From: Pelomyxa schiedti
Taxonomy: Eukaryota > Protista > Evosea
NCBI GenBank assembly: GCA_020536535.1
Contig: JAHLWZ010000191.1
Span: 21,975-85,974 of the forward strand
Direction of reading: 5' to 3'
DNA: 64,000 nucleotides
In this document: positions 49,590 to 60,385 of the stretch, in pieces
Layout of the letters: the number at the start of each line of letters is the position of its first letter
How positions within the stretch are numbered: the first letter of the stretch is position 1
Position numbers and translations under genes: made by a program
The notes under the pieces: generated by a model
What the model saw: the letters and a program-made list of their open reading frames with translations, nothing else
Databases searched by the model: none
What the model was told of the DNA's origin: nothing

Positions 49590-50764
49590 TCACACAATGT
49601 ATTCAACATATTTTTTTAAACTATTCGTGGTAACCTTCCAAAGCCTTGTACTTGTTTTTCTTGCTGAGGTTTCTGTTGGTTTATTGGCATTTTGAATCCA
49701 TAATGGAGGAACAGGTACACACATGCACAAAATGCAAGGGCAAATGAATGCAACGATCTGAAAAGCAACAAGGGCGAGGCAGCATATTCCAACAGCTAGT
49801 GAATTTTGCTCAAGAGTGGATTCCTGAGAAGCAAGGAACTCAGTTGTGGGACGGTGGAGAAAATAAGATAGGTTGATCAAGAGAGTTTACCAGTTTTTCC
49901 TGTGTAATTTGTAAATGTTTGCATAGGAACGAAATAATGAAAAAAAGAAACCTGACAGCCTTCAGTCCAAGACGGATCACATTGTCCACCAGGCTGGTCA
50001 AGTGGCCCTGTGAAGCCACAACAGTCGAACTTGATGTGGGATTTCGTTAGCCTTTTTGGTTTGTTCACAACTCTTGGTCTCAGGAAAATGCCTGGTCTTC
50101 AATGCTATAGCGAGTATCATCAGAAGCACTCGACCAGGCATCAGCTAGTAGGGTTGGAATCTCATCTCTGTTCAATAAAATGTATATTCCAACAGATATC
50201 TGAACAGCTATAAGAAGCCAAAGCAGCAGCATGTACTATAAGAGAACAAATTGGTCAGAGAGCAATTTGGAGATAGAAATGCATACTAATAGTTTGTATA
50301 ATAAAACTTACCAGCCCTAGCAAGACTCTGCTGCCACAGCAGGCGCCACAGCAAGCAAAGAAGCATATGCTGGCTACTGCTGTACCAACGACTATCAATG
50401 CAATAGCCATGTTCGCCAGTGATATTCCAAGCTTTTTCAATGTAAGTTATTGCACAGAAACAATTCAATGCGTAGTGAAATGCATAGTTTGTTAAGTTGG
50501 ATTTTATAGTGATTTTCTGTAGTCAATACTAAATCCAAAAGCTGAGGGAAGTGTGGCACACATCAGATAAAGCGGAGCCATCACCATAATATGCCCAGAA
50601 CCCGATGCCAGCAGTCACTGCAGCCGCCAGCTATACCGCCAAAAAAGCAAGAAACATTACTACCAACACTATTATGTACTTTTGAAAATTGTTGTGCACA
50701 CAAAGAGAGTCCCGTTGAGAAGAATAATGAACAGAGAAGTGGTGGTAACACAACACTTTCCCAT
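49590..50764 (-). CDS. Tetraspanin
   Basis: MGKCCVTTTSLFIILLNGTLF|LAAAVTAGIGFWAY (TM1); FFACCGACCGSRVLLG (TM2); TM3; extracellular FDCCGF..C..GC; TM4 AVGICCLALVAFQIVAF. Confidence 0.8.
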
Positions 50765-51024
50765 AATCGACGGTTACTTGTTCTCCTTATACACAAACAC
50801 TCTAATACTCGACGTTCCGCCTTTTCGGTTGTGAAAATAATAAATTGTCGTTTGATTCCCTTCACCAGCACAGTGTCCCCAAACGAGGTAATAAATAAAT
50901 TATTCTGCAACCCCAAACAAGCTCAACGTCACTGAATCTTAGGTGTTAAACGCTTTAGATTTGAACAGCATTGGACTCACTCCAAGTGATTCACAACTGT
51001 TCTTCCTCCGCCAAGCCAAACATT

Positions 51025-52086
51025 TCAACTGGATACCTGTGCCCTAAAGATAGCCTCCACATGACTCGCGTTTGTTCCACAGCAGCCCCCCCACACTTTC
51101 ATTCCAGAAGCCCCAGATAGGGTCACCATCTCCTTACACTGCCTAGCCAGAACTTCAGGGTCCCCCCTGTCCAGAACATAACAAGTCTCCAGCTCAGAGT
51201 GGGTCATTGAAGAAGAATTGGGCCTGAATCCCCCAAGCCTGGTCACCCACATTGGCACGGAGGTGTCTGTTCCTGTTCCGGTCCCATAATCCACGTTGTG
51301 GCTCGCGAACGCCAGAGATGCGTGCGTCGGGTGCACGCAGTTGAGCATGTAGTACAGCGGGTACGACGACGTGGCCTGCTCGATCGTGTTGATGGCGTGG
51401 CCCAGCGACGCCCCGCACGGCAGCAGCCCGTCCTCCTCGAGCGTGAACGAGATCACGACGGGGGCCCCGACGGAGCGCGCCGCCCGCGCGAGCCCGACGC
51501 ACTCGGCGACCCCGGGCATCGTCATGCCCGTGACGAGGTCGCAGCCGCCCTCGGCCAGCCACCCGATCTGCGCCGCGTGGTACCGCGCCAGCTCGTCGGC
51601 CTCGGGCTCCGAGTACCAGCACAGCGCGCTGCTGCCGCTGCCGCGGCGCACGAGCCGGCCCGAGCGGTCGTAGCAGTCGCCGCGCGGGCCGACGTCGCCG
51701 CTCACGCGGTACTGCACGCCCGAGGCGCTGCAGGGGTCGCCGGCCGAGTGCCTCACGAGGTGGACCGACGCGGCGTTGGCCTCGGCGAGCTCGGCCTCGG
51801 GCACTCCCATAAGTGCGCCCCAGCGCGGCGACGCCTTCCACGTAGGGGTCTCCCACACCGCGGCGGCGGCGCCCACGGACTTGGCCAGCGCGGCGTAGCT
51901 CTGGTAGTACCTGCTCAGCGCAGCCAACCCGGCGGCGCCATTGTGGGACGAGCGGAGCAGCAGCGTGTAAGCCGAAAACGCAGGCAACGGCACGTGGTAC
52001 TCACACATGAGGGTGGTCTCAATTCCGCCGTCCGTGATTATTGCTCGTGCATCGAACAGGTGCCTACAACCGTTTCTGCGTGACAT
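51025..52086 (-). CDS. Homocysteine S-methyltransferase family protein, intronless
   Basis: ITDGGIETTL; GDVGPRGD; PVVISFTLE; MLNCVHP and WGGCCGT zinc-ligand motifs; single 353-aa ORF. Confidence 0.9.
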   Translation of the reverse strand: MSRRNGCRHLFDARAIITDGGIETTLMCEYHVPLPAFSAYTLLLRSSHNGAAGLAALSRYYQSYAALAKSVGAAAAVWETPTWKASPRWGALMGVPEAELAEANAASVHLVRHSAGDPCSASGVQYRVSGDVGPRGDCYDRSGRLVRRGSGSSALCWYSEPEADELARYHAAQIGWLAEGGCDLVTGMTMPGVAECVGLARAARSVGAPVVISFTLEEDGLLPCGASLGHAINTIEQATSSYPLYYMLNCVHPTHASLAFASHNVDYGTGTGTDTSVPMWVTRLGGFRPNSSSMTHSELETCYVLDRGDPEVLARQCKEMVTLSGASGMKVWGGCCGTNASHVEAIFRAQVSS

Positions 52087-52262
52087 CGAGAATCACGATT
52101 TGATGGGGAATACTGGGGCTTGTGCGTCCAAACTTATGTATCCGAGAGCGGGATTCATTAAGGAGGGATGGTATTCCTGCCTCGTTCGGAGATAGAACTC
52201 CCCTGCCACAGTTATGCCACACTTGAAAACGCCAGAATCCCATAAAAAAAAAACCGTGAAAA

Positions 52263-53554
52263 ATGGAGAGGGTGCCGCTTGGACGCAGTGGAATGATGGT
52301 GTCGCGAATCGGACTGGGGTGCATGGGGATGTCGGCGTTCTATACGGATCCTGTGAGAACAGATGCACAGGTGCGCGCCGAGTCCATGGAGACAATGGCC
52401 CTGGCAGAGTCTCTCGGCGTAAATTTCTTCGACACTTCTGGTGAGGTTTTTTTCTTTTTCCCCTCGCGTTGGTTTGTATGATATTCTTATTCTCGTCCGG
52501 CAGATATATATGGTGTGGGGGAGAACGAGAAACTAGTGGGGAGTGCATTGGGGCTTATGCGGAGATCCGACGTTGTGCTTGCTACCAAGTGCGGGTTCAC
52601 TCCCTCCTTTGGATTGGATGGTAGTCCTGAATATGTAATCCAGGTAGGTGCCCAAATCCACGTACTTTTTTTTGGCAGTTCATGATAACCACCGATTCTC
52701 AAGGCATGCGAGGCCTCACTGACACGATTGAATACGCCATACATTGATTTATACTACCTCCACCGTGTGGATCCAAAGACTCCAATTGAAGTGCGTGCAG
52801 TTAGTGCCTTGAGACCTTTGTGAGATGAAATACCTTTGCAGGAAACCATGAAAGCAATGGCACAGTTATACAAAAGTGGGAAAATTCGTGCGTGCGGCTT
52901 GTCTGAAGTTTCTCCTGCCACTTTGCGCCGTGCACAAGCCGTGTTCCCGGTAACTGCTGTTCAGTCTGGTGAGAATCTTAGTTTTGTAAAGTTTCTGAGG
53001 TCTTTTTTTTAGAATATTCACTGTGGACGAGGTATGTGGAACCTGAAGTTCTTCCAACATGTCGAGAGCTAGGAGTAAGCTGGTGCTCTTCCTTTCTCCT
53101 CTTACTTTATTCAGACAGCCCTCGTGGCCTATTCCCCTATTGGAAGGGGTTTCCTGAGTGGAACAATAACAGATAGGTCAGTCCTAGCCCCCACAGACTG
53201 GCGACGTGATACTCCCCGATTTTCTGAGGAGAACTTGACTCAGAACCTTGCACTGGTTGCCAAGTTGAAGGAACTTGCAGAGAGCAAGGGTTGCACAGCC
53301 TCACAGGTTTGTATTTCGATACTTTAACCTCTTCAACTAAAAGTAACAAGCTCGCACTTGCTTGGTGTCTGGCTCAAGGCAAAGATGTTATTCCTATCCC
53401 TGGCACAAAACGCGTGAAGTATCTCAAGGAAAACGTAGCCGCCACGTCAATTTCCCTTTCGAAGTCGGACCTCACTGAAGTGGAGTCTGTACTCTCTGCC
53501 AACGAAGTTCATGGGGAGAGGTATCCACCAGCATTCGCCAAGATGTATCTTTGA
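52263..53554 (+). CDS. Aldo-keto reductase (AKR13/YakC-like)
   Basis: [19 protein letters not shown]; FFDTS|DIYG; LATKCG; [10 protein letters not shown]; [10 protein letters not shown]; AYSPIGRG; [15 protein letters not shown]. Confidence 0.93.
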
Positions 53555-53639
53555 GAATTGAGCAATATTTTTTTTTTTCATTTCTATCATGGAAACTTTG
53601 GACATGGATAAAACAGTCTTGTGTTTGGGTATATTTGTT

Positions 53640-55521
53640 TCAGTGAACTTTTTGTAGAGTCACCTAAAGATGTCAGGGGGAAACTGAAACTGGAGCTTGG
53701 TGGTAGTACCTCAAATTGTAGTGTGGCATTCTTAGGAATATCGGGGGGAACACCAGCAGCGCCATAGGCTAGGAAAATTATTATTGATGTGACTGCAGCG
53801 GGAACAACTACCTAGTTTCGGTGGTATTGTCAGCTTTCGCTTGCCGCCAACATGCATTCCAGTCACACCAAGGTCCCACCCTTTAATGACATCCCCGGCA
53901 CCAAGCCTAGAAGGCAGTGAGATGCGAAGGGTGTTGAGAGATGAAAAGGTTACGTGAACGCAAATGGACTTCCAGAGGACTTATCAAAAACTCGGCCATT
54001 TTCAAGCCTTCCGACATATTGCACGGCAACCTGTCACACAGTTAAAAAAAAAGGGGGGGTTATTGAAGCGTGATCACCTTTTTCCCCCACATTGCTGCTT
54101 TTCCTGTTCCCTCTACCAGATCTTCATAAATCAGCCCTGAAGAAAGTTTGACTTGCTTAGGTTTGGATCTTGTGAGAGTGAGGCAATGAAAAAAAGTCAT
54201 TGAGTGCAGCAAAAGTACTTTTCAACTCGGGGTTTCTTTGTAGAGGGAGCAGTCGGAGCCTTTTCCGTGTTTGCCTCAGCTTCTTTATTTTTCCTCTTCT
54301 GTGGCATTTGTGTCGTGGATTCTGGGGTGGATGGTGAAGTTTTTGACTTGGATGTCTTCGATTTTTTCCCTGCCCTTTCTGCAATGGCCTCGGCCTTAGC
54401 GCTCTTGGATTTACGGGTTTCAGCTACATTGGGTTTTTCAGGTGTTTTTGTTTTGGTAGGCTTTTCTGATTTTGATGTAGTAGTTGTTGTTTCTTCAGGT
54501 GATTTCTTAGATTTCTTTTTGCGCTTTCTTGATCCTTCGTCAGCGTTTTTGTTGGCGGACGGTTTTTCTGGTTTAGGTACATCTTCTGTTTCTTTTTCCG
54601 CTTGGTCCTCTTCTTGTTCCTCTGCTTCTGCTTCCTCTTCCTCCTCCTCCTCTTCTTCCTCTTCCTCTGGTTCGATTTCGGCCAGTTTCTTTTTCATTGC
54701 TCTTGTTGTGATCACGGACGGCTGATCAGCAGAAACCATGAAAGAGACAGTTTTTCCTTTATGTTTACCCGAGTCTCGCTCTAGGGAAAAATCGGCAGGA
54801 TCAGGTTCCTCTGGTGTTGGCTCAAACTCACCATCACTCTCTTCATCATCCTCCAGTGCATCAAAAAGTAAATGGTGGAGCACATCTAAGTAATGTCAGA
54901 AAAGTGAGCAGTGTACCCAACTCAAGTACCTGGTGCTTTTCCTCCTTCTTCACCGTCTTCCTCGTCCTCTTCTTCATTCTCATCTTCATCACTATCCTCC
55001 TCCCCATCATTCTCTTCACTTTTCAATTCCAGTTCTTCTTCACTGTCTTCCTCGCATACTTTCTTAGCACTACAAGTGTTGGTTGTTGAGATACGCTGAA
55101 CGTAGTATCCCGATAAGTGCACTTGTAATTCAGGGTCGCCAACTACATAAAATTTGACCTTTTTCCCTTGATCAAAAATAAGGTCCAAATGCAGGTTTTC
55201 CATTTTCTCTGGCCTTTGGTTTGTTAAAACACAAGTCATTAGTTTAGATAAAAAAAAGAGACCTCATATTAGCAAGAGCAACAGCCTCTTCGGAGCCCAC
55301 TTGATACCAAAGAACAACTTTTGAGGAACTTGAAGCACCACCTACAAGCGTAGCCTATACCAAAATCACACTTAAATGACAAAAAAAAAGGGGAAAAAAA
55401 AAGGGAAGAAAGGTACTTAAAACGCAACATAAAGGAAAAAAACACCTACATTTGTGAGGTGCAACGGGTGTTCACATGTCTCCTCGTGAGATTTGGTCGT
55501 AGACAGTACCGCCTTCCACAT
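53640..55521 (-). CDS. Nucleoplasmin-like + acidic/basic + FKBP peptidyl-prolyl isomerase (Fpr3/Fpr4/FKBP53 type)
   Basis: N-terminal [19 protein letters not shown] (NPL fold); D/E and K tracts; C-terminal [55 protein letters not shown]|V. Confidence 0.9.
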
Positions 55522-55733
55522 TGCCTTGCTTCGGGAAAAAATCTTGATTGTGTAACAGTAATCTATTAAAGCACAGTCTGAAGAAAATGTTTCTCAGAGA
55601 CCCCACATGATAGATTGACAGGTGTCACACTAAATTGCCTGCCGCAGAACTTCCATAAGTCCCACGTCTAGGGGTGTGTTGACATTTCGGATCTTGGCGG
55701 ATCTCTCCGATCATTCACGAAACGTAACACCGT

Positions 55734-58700
55734 ATGGCTACACAGGAGGCGGCCACGACACCGGTGGCCAGTGGTCCCCCTGAAGAAGTCCAGAATAGCG
55801 ACCCTGCAGTTACCGCAACCACAACTACGACACCCGTCACCGAGCCTATGACTGCCGATACGCTAACTACGATATCGTCTGACGCCGGGTGTTATGTTGG
55901 TAATTTTTCACTCTAGAGTTTCTTTTGTTGTTACTGACTTGTGGGGAAATGAAAGGGGAGGTCGAGGGAGGGACACCAAATGGGCAAGGTACTTTCACTT
56001 TTGCAAATCCTCACTGTGTTGTCACTGGCACATTTGCGGCTGGGCAAACTTGTGGCAAGTAAGGCTTTCTACTCCTCCCATTGTTGCCCTGGTCCCTCGT
56101 TAACGTTTCCAACTTTTAGAGGTACTATCAAGTTTGTTGATAAGCCAGAATGTGAACACCTGTGGAAGGCAGGGCTGTCTATTCAGCTAATTATCAGTTC
56201 TGATACATCACAAAAACGTGAGGCTATACATAGCAAACGTCTATGTTGACCTGTTATTTAGCGGATCAACAAAGAAGAGATGTAGCACAATTCCGAAGTC
56301 AATTGACTACCTGGCAATCTGTGCAGTTCTCTGTGCAACCACCAGTGTGGTCTGTTGAGCAAATTGTGACAGCAATTAACAAGCAGGTCACTATCATAAC
56401 TTCTCATTTCTGGGCGTGACTCCATAACAGATATCAGAACCAAATGATGAGTTGTTTATGAAGTGCGCCAGTATTCCTATACCAACTGATGGTCTTGTTC
56501 TCACCATCCCAGATCTACAAACATCAGAATTCATAACCATCCCCCAAGCACTTTACAGAACATCTCTTTTGGAAATGGTTCTCTTCCCTAGCCTGTGAAA
56601 CTTAACCTTAAAGCAAAACAAGGGTGTTCAATTTGCCTGTAAAGGGCAGCCGGGTTTTAAAGATGTTCTTCCAAGGCTCCTAACTCAGCAATTAACTTGC
56701 TCTGATAACATCTGCCTGGCTGTTTCCAATTTAATCCTGGATCTCAGTGTCCTCATTCCCCTCAACATCACTGTAATTCCCAGTTTTCCATTTCTTGAAA
56801 CAAACAAATCTTTAGGATCCATATTTTCAAAAGGAGTTTGCTGACTTCTGCAGCAGCCTCCTTTCACATTTCAAAAAAAAGACTGTTGATAGTTTACTGG
56901 CACAGTTTTCTCAAGACCTTAAAACACTAATTGGTAAAAGGGTTGGCCGAATTTCAAATCAGTACAGTAACACATAAAAAGTTGAAGGTAATGCAGGGCC
57001 CAATTCTGTACATATATGTCGGAAACTTGTAAAATTATTTCAAATGCAAAAAGCAGAACATGATGCTTTGCATGTGTGTAATCTCACAATACATAACCCG
57101 TCTCAGCTATCATAAATAGGGTGCTGTTGATGAGATCCAACTTTTTCAGCAAAGAATTGAAGAAATATTCAATGACGAGGTACAGTATATCCCACCTATG
57201 CGGAGTCAATAATCTTCCAAGTTAGCACAACCATGCCTGGAACGTGTTGCAGACCTTTTTGGTTTCTTCCCTCTCACTTCATTTTAACACTTATTTCTTT
57301 CTTTTCCAGGAATGACAATCGCTGATGAAATCATGCAAAAAATGCAGATCCTTGATAAGTGTGTGACCTTCATAGAAAAATTGGTTATACCTCCACTCTC
57401 TCCTGGGGCTACTTACCAAGAACAGCCAGATCGTGCAAATCCAGATGTTGTTGATGCCATCTCGGTTGTATGTTCGGAACTCAAGTGCCTTGATAAATCA
57501 ACAGAAGCCATTGATGGTTCTTTTGCCTATCATTTTAAAAACTTAACCTGTTCCTCTAGGATTACGAGAAATGTTCGATTTTTGGGAACTCGCTTTGCTG
57601 TGCCAACGTGCCGACCAACTCCACAATAAAGAAAAGAGGGTCGTAAGAGCAATAAGCAAATCTGTGAAATTAAAATGCTCAAAGACCCTTTTCACCTTTC
57701 AACCAGTCAGTATGCATGAATTGTATTAACCCTTTTGTTTAACTAAGATATGATCCCAATCCAGATGAATACCTTGTGAATAGGATTCACAAAGGTGACG
57801 TAACTTTTCTTGGGGACTTATTCAGTTCCTGCGATAATCTAGTTCATACATTCACTGCTCAGATTTTTCCTCTGGTAGCACTTCCCTGGAGCTGTGTGGA
57901 AACCCTTATTCAGCTTTTTTCCACTTAACTTACTGCCTACAGCACCACATTCACCAGACGACACTACCAAGGGCTTTATAGGCTGTTGCGATAACACAAC
58001 ATGTACCCCTTTTAACCACTTTTTCTTTTTGACTGGCTGAAGGTGCTGCTTTGACAAGACTACTTGTTCTTCACAGCACAGCTGGCTCGACTTCACCAGG
58101 ACTGCGACAAGAGAGTATACGGTTACTATGCCGATTACTTTCTTCTGGTAATAATGATACTTCAGTCATCTTCGTTCTTTCCTCACTCTTCTTTAGATTC
58201 CATGAAAGAAGTACTTATAGAAGAAAGTTCTCAGGGTATAGTGTGGCTAGCACGATTACTACCATTATTTCAGGGCACAATGACAACACGTCTCCTCGGA
58301 CTTGCTGTCATGGCCGTGCTAGCATCCTCTGAAGGTGTTGTCAGGTTTTTTTTTGCTCCCTTTTTTCACTCATTCTTCGTGGTAGATAAATTCAAAGATG
58401 CAGTGTGTACACACATTGGTTGGAAGAAGTTCTATGATTTAATGCAGCATGGAACTGCTGGTATTGAAAAATACACTGAAGAGGAAAAGGAACAAGTTGA
58501 AACGACTTCGGCTCAAATTCTTGGGTGCCTCTGTGGCAAGGGTCTGCAGTTACTTTTCCTCTTAATCTTATTCTCACTCCATGAAGCTGAATATCTACAA
58601 AAACTTCCCGAGGGTGCTTTGGAAGCTGTGATAAGTTTTGCAAGGTCTGGGAGGATAAGCTTGCACAGAGAAGTATGCTCTGTTTGGCCTTTTTTTCCTG

Positions 58701-59836
58701 TTTCCAATCCCCACAGATAAATTTATCTGAACTCACGATTGGACGGGAGTTGGGCCGCGGGGCTCACGCAATTGTCAAAGAGGCAGTTTGGAAGGGACAA
58801 AAAGTAGCTTTGAAAATTTTCTCGGAGAGCGCAATGGACTTTAGATTTGAAGACTTCTTGACAGAGCTGGCTATACTTAGGTATTCTACTCTTGTTTTAG
58901 AAAAAAAAAAACTCATTGCTGTGAAGTCTTACAAGGCACCCCAATATTATGCGTCTGCATGGCGCAGTCGTACAGAGTAGCGCAGATTCTGAGAGCACCT
59001 ATATGCTAGTAACAGAACTTCTACCAGGTGGAACATTGGAGGTATTTTCATTATCATTAAAGCCATTCCCGTCTTTAACAAAAACAAGAAACTGTGCCGG
59101 GGTGCACCTCTTGAACAACTCAAAGTTCTTAAATATGCCACACATGTTGCTCGGGGAATGGCACACTTGCACTCTTTGAATATGATTCACAGGTTTTTGC
59201 TTTCAGTCCTTTCAAATTCGTATGAACAAGTGGTCAAACAGAGATTTAAAGACAGCGAATTGCCTCTTGGACAGCCAGGATAATGTAAAGGGTTGTTCAC
59301 TAATCACGTTTCTATGCTCACCTAACTGATTCCAGTGGCGGATCTGGGATTATCCCGAGTTGTAAACAAATTGGCCATGACTGGCGGTGTTGGCACTCCC
59401 AAAGTGGGTCTATCTCTGTGTTTCTTCTTCCACTAACCCCACCACCCTCCAGTGGGAAGCTCCCGAGTGTCTTGGCACCAACCAATACACAAGAGCTGCT
59501 GATGTACATTCCCGCAATCTCTAATTTCACCCTTCATTCACCCCCACACAGGTCTATAGTTATGCCATTGTAGTATGGGAGATGGTCACTGGGCAGGAAC
59601 CCTTCCCAGACGTTCAGTCGATCTTCGAGCTGAAGAAACTTGTGTGTGACAAGAAAAAGAGACCGGAAATACCACCCACCTGCAGCTCATTGCTACGCGA
59701 GCTGCTCAAAGTCTGTTGGCACCCCAACCCAAAGAAGCGACCAACCTTTAGCAACATCGCAGAGAAACTCTCACTGAGCTTAGCCAAATACGACCCTACT
59801 GCCGCTGTGCCCACCCCACCAACTGGTGGACTGTAA
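55734..59836 (+). CDS. TKL kinase with long N-terminal helical/armadillo-like region
   Basis: LTIGRELGRGAHAIVKEAVWKGQKVALK; HPNIMRL; MIHR|DLKTANCLL; VADLG; GTPK|WEAPE; CWHPNPKKRPTF. ARM-like helical exons at 58070-58670. Confidence 0.85.
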
Positions 59837-60231
59837 AAAAAACTAAAAAAACCAAATTTGAGTGCAGAAAACCTTTTGTTGGTGAATTGGCTTGAGTTCC
59901 ACTCAGGGTGGATGCCTTTGCCAGAACAGAATCGGGTAAGCTGATGACATGATAGAGAAACTCCCGCGAAGTTGGCTATGCTTCATGTGACTCCTAGTGG
60001 AACGATCAACAACCGGGTTCAGGTACGCATCGTGTTGGAATCTGGGTGACGGCGGCAGTTAACCATTGCGCGCCCTGGCTGTCACTGGAGCCCCATGGGG
60101 ACCCAGTCACAATCATCAGCAAATTCCCCAAGTGCCTCCGCCAGCCCGATCGCCTGCCGGGAAGTCGGCTGCCCTAGTGTGGTTTGTAGTCTTCAGTGTT
60201 GGCTCTGATAAGCTTGGCAGCGAAAAATGGA

Positions 60232-60306
60232 CGGACGCGGCAGGATTCGAACCTGCAAGTCTCCTGATTCGGAATCAGGTGCGTTATCCAATTGCGCTAC
60301 GCGCCC
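60232..60306 (-). tRNA. tRNA-Arg (anticodon CCG)
   Basis: GGGCGCG/CGCGTCC acceptor stem, TGGATA D-loop, CCTGA-TTCCGAA-TCAGG anticodon arm, GCAGG-TTCGAAT-CCTGC T arm, TTTTT terminator just downstream. Confidence 0.95.
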
Positions 60307-60385
60307 AGTAGGTTCTGGGTGGAGGATTTAATAAAGACAAGCTTGTCGACAAAAAAAATTTTTCTTTTGTATTCTTCTCGCAAAG

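Noticed and set aside
50615-50700. In-frame TAG in the tetraspanin (readthrough or variant genetic code)
   Set aside because: The TAG is the acceptor of a GT-AG intron; all assembled genes read in the standard code.
51194-52083. Long alternative-frame and antisense ORFs over the HMT gene (similar ones at 14900-15440 and 17386-17891)
   Set aside because: Stop-poor shadows of GC-rich coding sequence with no motifs.
44167-52086. SAMDC + HMT as a methionine/SAM gene cluster
   Set aside because: Separated by two unrelated genes; no shared regulatory signal is visible.
59875-60225. Assignment as RNase P/MRP, U3, SRP or spliceosomal snRNA
   Set aside because: Only partial motif resemblance; required conserved regions are missing or in the wrong order. 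Kept only as an unassigned candidate.
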